Shown: in pieces, positions 62,201 to 64,000 of the stretch
How the letters are laid out: each line of letters opens with the position of its first letter
How positions within the stretch are numbered: the stretch's first letter is position 1
Assembly: GCA_040954595.2 (NCBI GenBank)
Contig: CM082576.2
Location: 17,221,028-17,285,027 of the forward strand
DNA length: 64,000 nucleotides
Source of the DNA: Balanoglossus misakiensis
Taxonomy: Eukaryota > Animalia > Hemichordata
Direction of reading: 5' to 3'
Notes under the pieces: generated by a model
Told to the model about the DNA's origin: nothing
What the model saw: the letters and a program-made list of their open reading frames with translations, nothing else
The model's database searches: none
Made by a program: the position numbers and the translations under genes

Positions 62201-63920
62201 CGAGGTTCGAATGTTCTCCGCTACTTACCAAAATCTGGTAAAACCACTTGAGGGCGTTTACAGAATCGGCAAGACTGTGTGATTAGCGTCGCGTCCAAAG
62301 GACGTTCGCAACGCGGACGCGCATTTCTTTTTCAGTATCACACAGTCTTTGAGCAAGACTAAGTACGACCCTGTATGGACCCGGGCTCAGTGAGTGACTT
62401 TATTGGACCCACCTGTGGCTTGTCTTATACACATCACACACTGAGCCCAAGTCCATACAGGGCAGTATTTCTTTTAATAACCCTATAGTATCATCCTCCA
62501 CCTATAAGATACTGTGTAATAATTTGTAACTTCTCGATTATAGGTTGTCATTCTTATGAAGTATTGTCCACCGCCTGTAAAATACTGTGGCACAGCTTTA
62601 GATGCGGAGCAGTTGGAACTTCTGAAGAATGTAATGAGTAAAAGATACAATGTAACAACACAGGAGTTGAACCTCAGCAATCTATACAATGATGAAGGTT
62701 AGTCACACATGTGACAGTTTATTCTTATGCCTACTTCGAAAAAAACCCACAAGTAATCATATCACTACGTGTACACATACAGCAGAACCTTGATAAGACT
62801 CTGTTAGTCCCGAATTGATACCATTATTTTGTATGGCCTTACAAACTGTGCCGGTGACCCCATTCAAACCCTATACATGTACATGTATTATAAATATATT
62901 TTATGTTCACAGATCTACAGAGTCAGGGTATCAGGGTTTCTGTCAACAAACAGAATCATATGGACTATGTTATAAAAATCATTGAAGAAAATGTGCCCCA
63001 GGTAAGATGACCTAATTAACCCTAATGCTACTGGGTGTCATACCTGTTTAGAGTGTCAAGTCCCTTAAAATACATATTTGCCACTTTTTCTTCTAAAACG
63101 TATTTTGACTGTCTTGACATGGCTCTCATACGTATTTTGACACACTTGGCAGTTTGAACCCCCCCCCCCTAAAATGTACCAAATCGCAGTGGTTTGCACT
63201 GGTTTGGTTTGAGGGTCTTGTATAAGCCCTACTGATTAACACGCACTTGGCAGTCTAACAGGCCTGGGAGCCAGGATTCTAGGCACCCTGGAAATCAAAC
63301 CAGTTTCAACTGACTTGGCAGAGTTAGGGTTAAAGGGAAAAAGCCACTAAGTTTTCGACAGGGTTAGATCCCAAAGTGGTATACATCCGAACCTGTTTGA
63401 TTCTTTATTAGGGTAATTAAAAATTGGTTATATACCAAAGTTTTGAGCACATATATTAAAAAAATCAGTAAAAAAAGCAATCTGGTGTAGGCTAGTGAAT
63501 ATGTGCAGTAAATTACAATAAATCCAGTAAATGTTGAAACCTGAACGCGTTTGTTTGTTTGTTTATAAACATTACAATTCATCCACAATTCCCTGAAATT
63601 AGATCATTCTTAGAATGAACGAAGCAGCCAACCGTAGCGTAGATGGGGCCATGACAGCAATTGAAGATTCTAGTAGGTCGTGGCGACTGCAGTTGGGTAT
63701 GCTCTGGTATGGGACGACATATTCTCATCAAGGAGGACACCCACACGGCGCGACGACCCCTTCCCTTTAAATTGGCCACTGCTAACTTTATCACTGTAAT
63801 TGTTCTCTGCAGATTCACTCTCTGGACCTAAGTAACAATCGAATGTATTCCTTGGATAGCCTGCAATGTCTTGTTACAAAAGCACCAAACCTAAAGATAC
63901 TTCGCCTTGGAAGGAATACG
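57581..63920 (+). CDS. NXF1: Nuclear RNA export factor 1 (TAP), exons 1-8, continues beyond the window
   Basis: Exons 57581-57647, 58938-59142, 59532-59736, 61168-61251, 61491-61592, 62544-62697, 62913-63001, 63813-63920; phase-consistent. EHDDR, RG-rich region, PRSRLEDDDGDIAM, RYVPY, WAKITVINGQRYEKEWL..CSVPFQPV, LKNVMSKRY, IIEENVP, SLDLSNNRMYSLD..KAPNLKIL. Confidence 0.95.
59163..59240. repeat. Compound microsatellite (TCTG/TCTA)n(AG)n in NXF1 intron 2
   Basis: Read directly. Confidence 0.9.
59756..60259. mobile_element. TTAA MITE in NXF1 intron 3 (inverted copy of 32766-33260)
   Basis: TTAA|AGGCACGTAAGCTG ... CAGCTTACGTGCCT|TTAA. Confidence 0.9.
61732..61862. mobile_element. AcademH-like mini-element (family of 401-492), older copy
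   Basis: TAGACTCT..GGGCTGTGAGAGAGTCTA; degenerate GCATGC.. duplication. Confidence 0.7.
61949..62361. mobile_element. AcademH-like non-autonomous element nested in a foldback MITE, NXF1 intron 5
   Basis: TAG..CTA ends; 9-bp TSD AGTACGACC (61940-61948/62362-62370). Confidence 0.8.
63020..63329. mobile_element. piggyBac-like MITE in NXF1 intron 7
   Basis: TTAA|CCCTAATGCT ... GAGTTAGGG|TTAA; reverse complement of 50548-50841. Confidence 0.85.
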
Positions 63921-64000
63921 GTAGGTACATTACTTTCTTCCATTATCAAGCCTTAGAGTGCCATAGAAGTCTGTGGAACGTGAATCCTATGACCCTGAGT

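Overview
AT-rich, repeat-dense eukaryotic genomic DNA with GT-AG introns. The gene and TE content suggest a marine invertebrate, plausibly a deuterostome (inference). Right third: two intact head-to-head genes, ZFYVE19/ANCHR (minus, 9 coding exons, complete) and NXF1/TAP (plus, 8 exons, runs off the window), plus a decayed intron-containing coiled-coil gene fragment. Left two-thirds: a tandem segmental duplication with an offset of about 27.4 kb. Each unit carries a RING-ZF-coiled-coil-MATH TRAF gene (minus) pointing away from a heavily decayed, apparently single-exon LRR-TM-TIR (Toll-like receptor-like) relic (plus). The two share a short intergenic region with kB-like, E-box and CCAAT motifs. 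The complete TRAF copy has an in-frame TAG just before its MATH domain and a late frameshift. In the left unit the intergenic region is invaded by a nested stack of 9-bp-TSD TAG..CTA (AcademH-like) elements and a 1955-bp TTAA element whose apparently identical twin lies inverted 10.3 kb away. Also present: RTE-X, Tx1, CR1-group, L2 and CR1 LINE pieces; Tc1, hAT and IS3EU-like transposase relics; many TTAA MITEs; a telomere-repeat foldback MITE; and a 22-bp minisatellite. All calls come from manual reading and translation; no database search was run.
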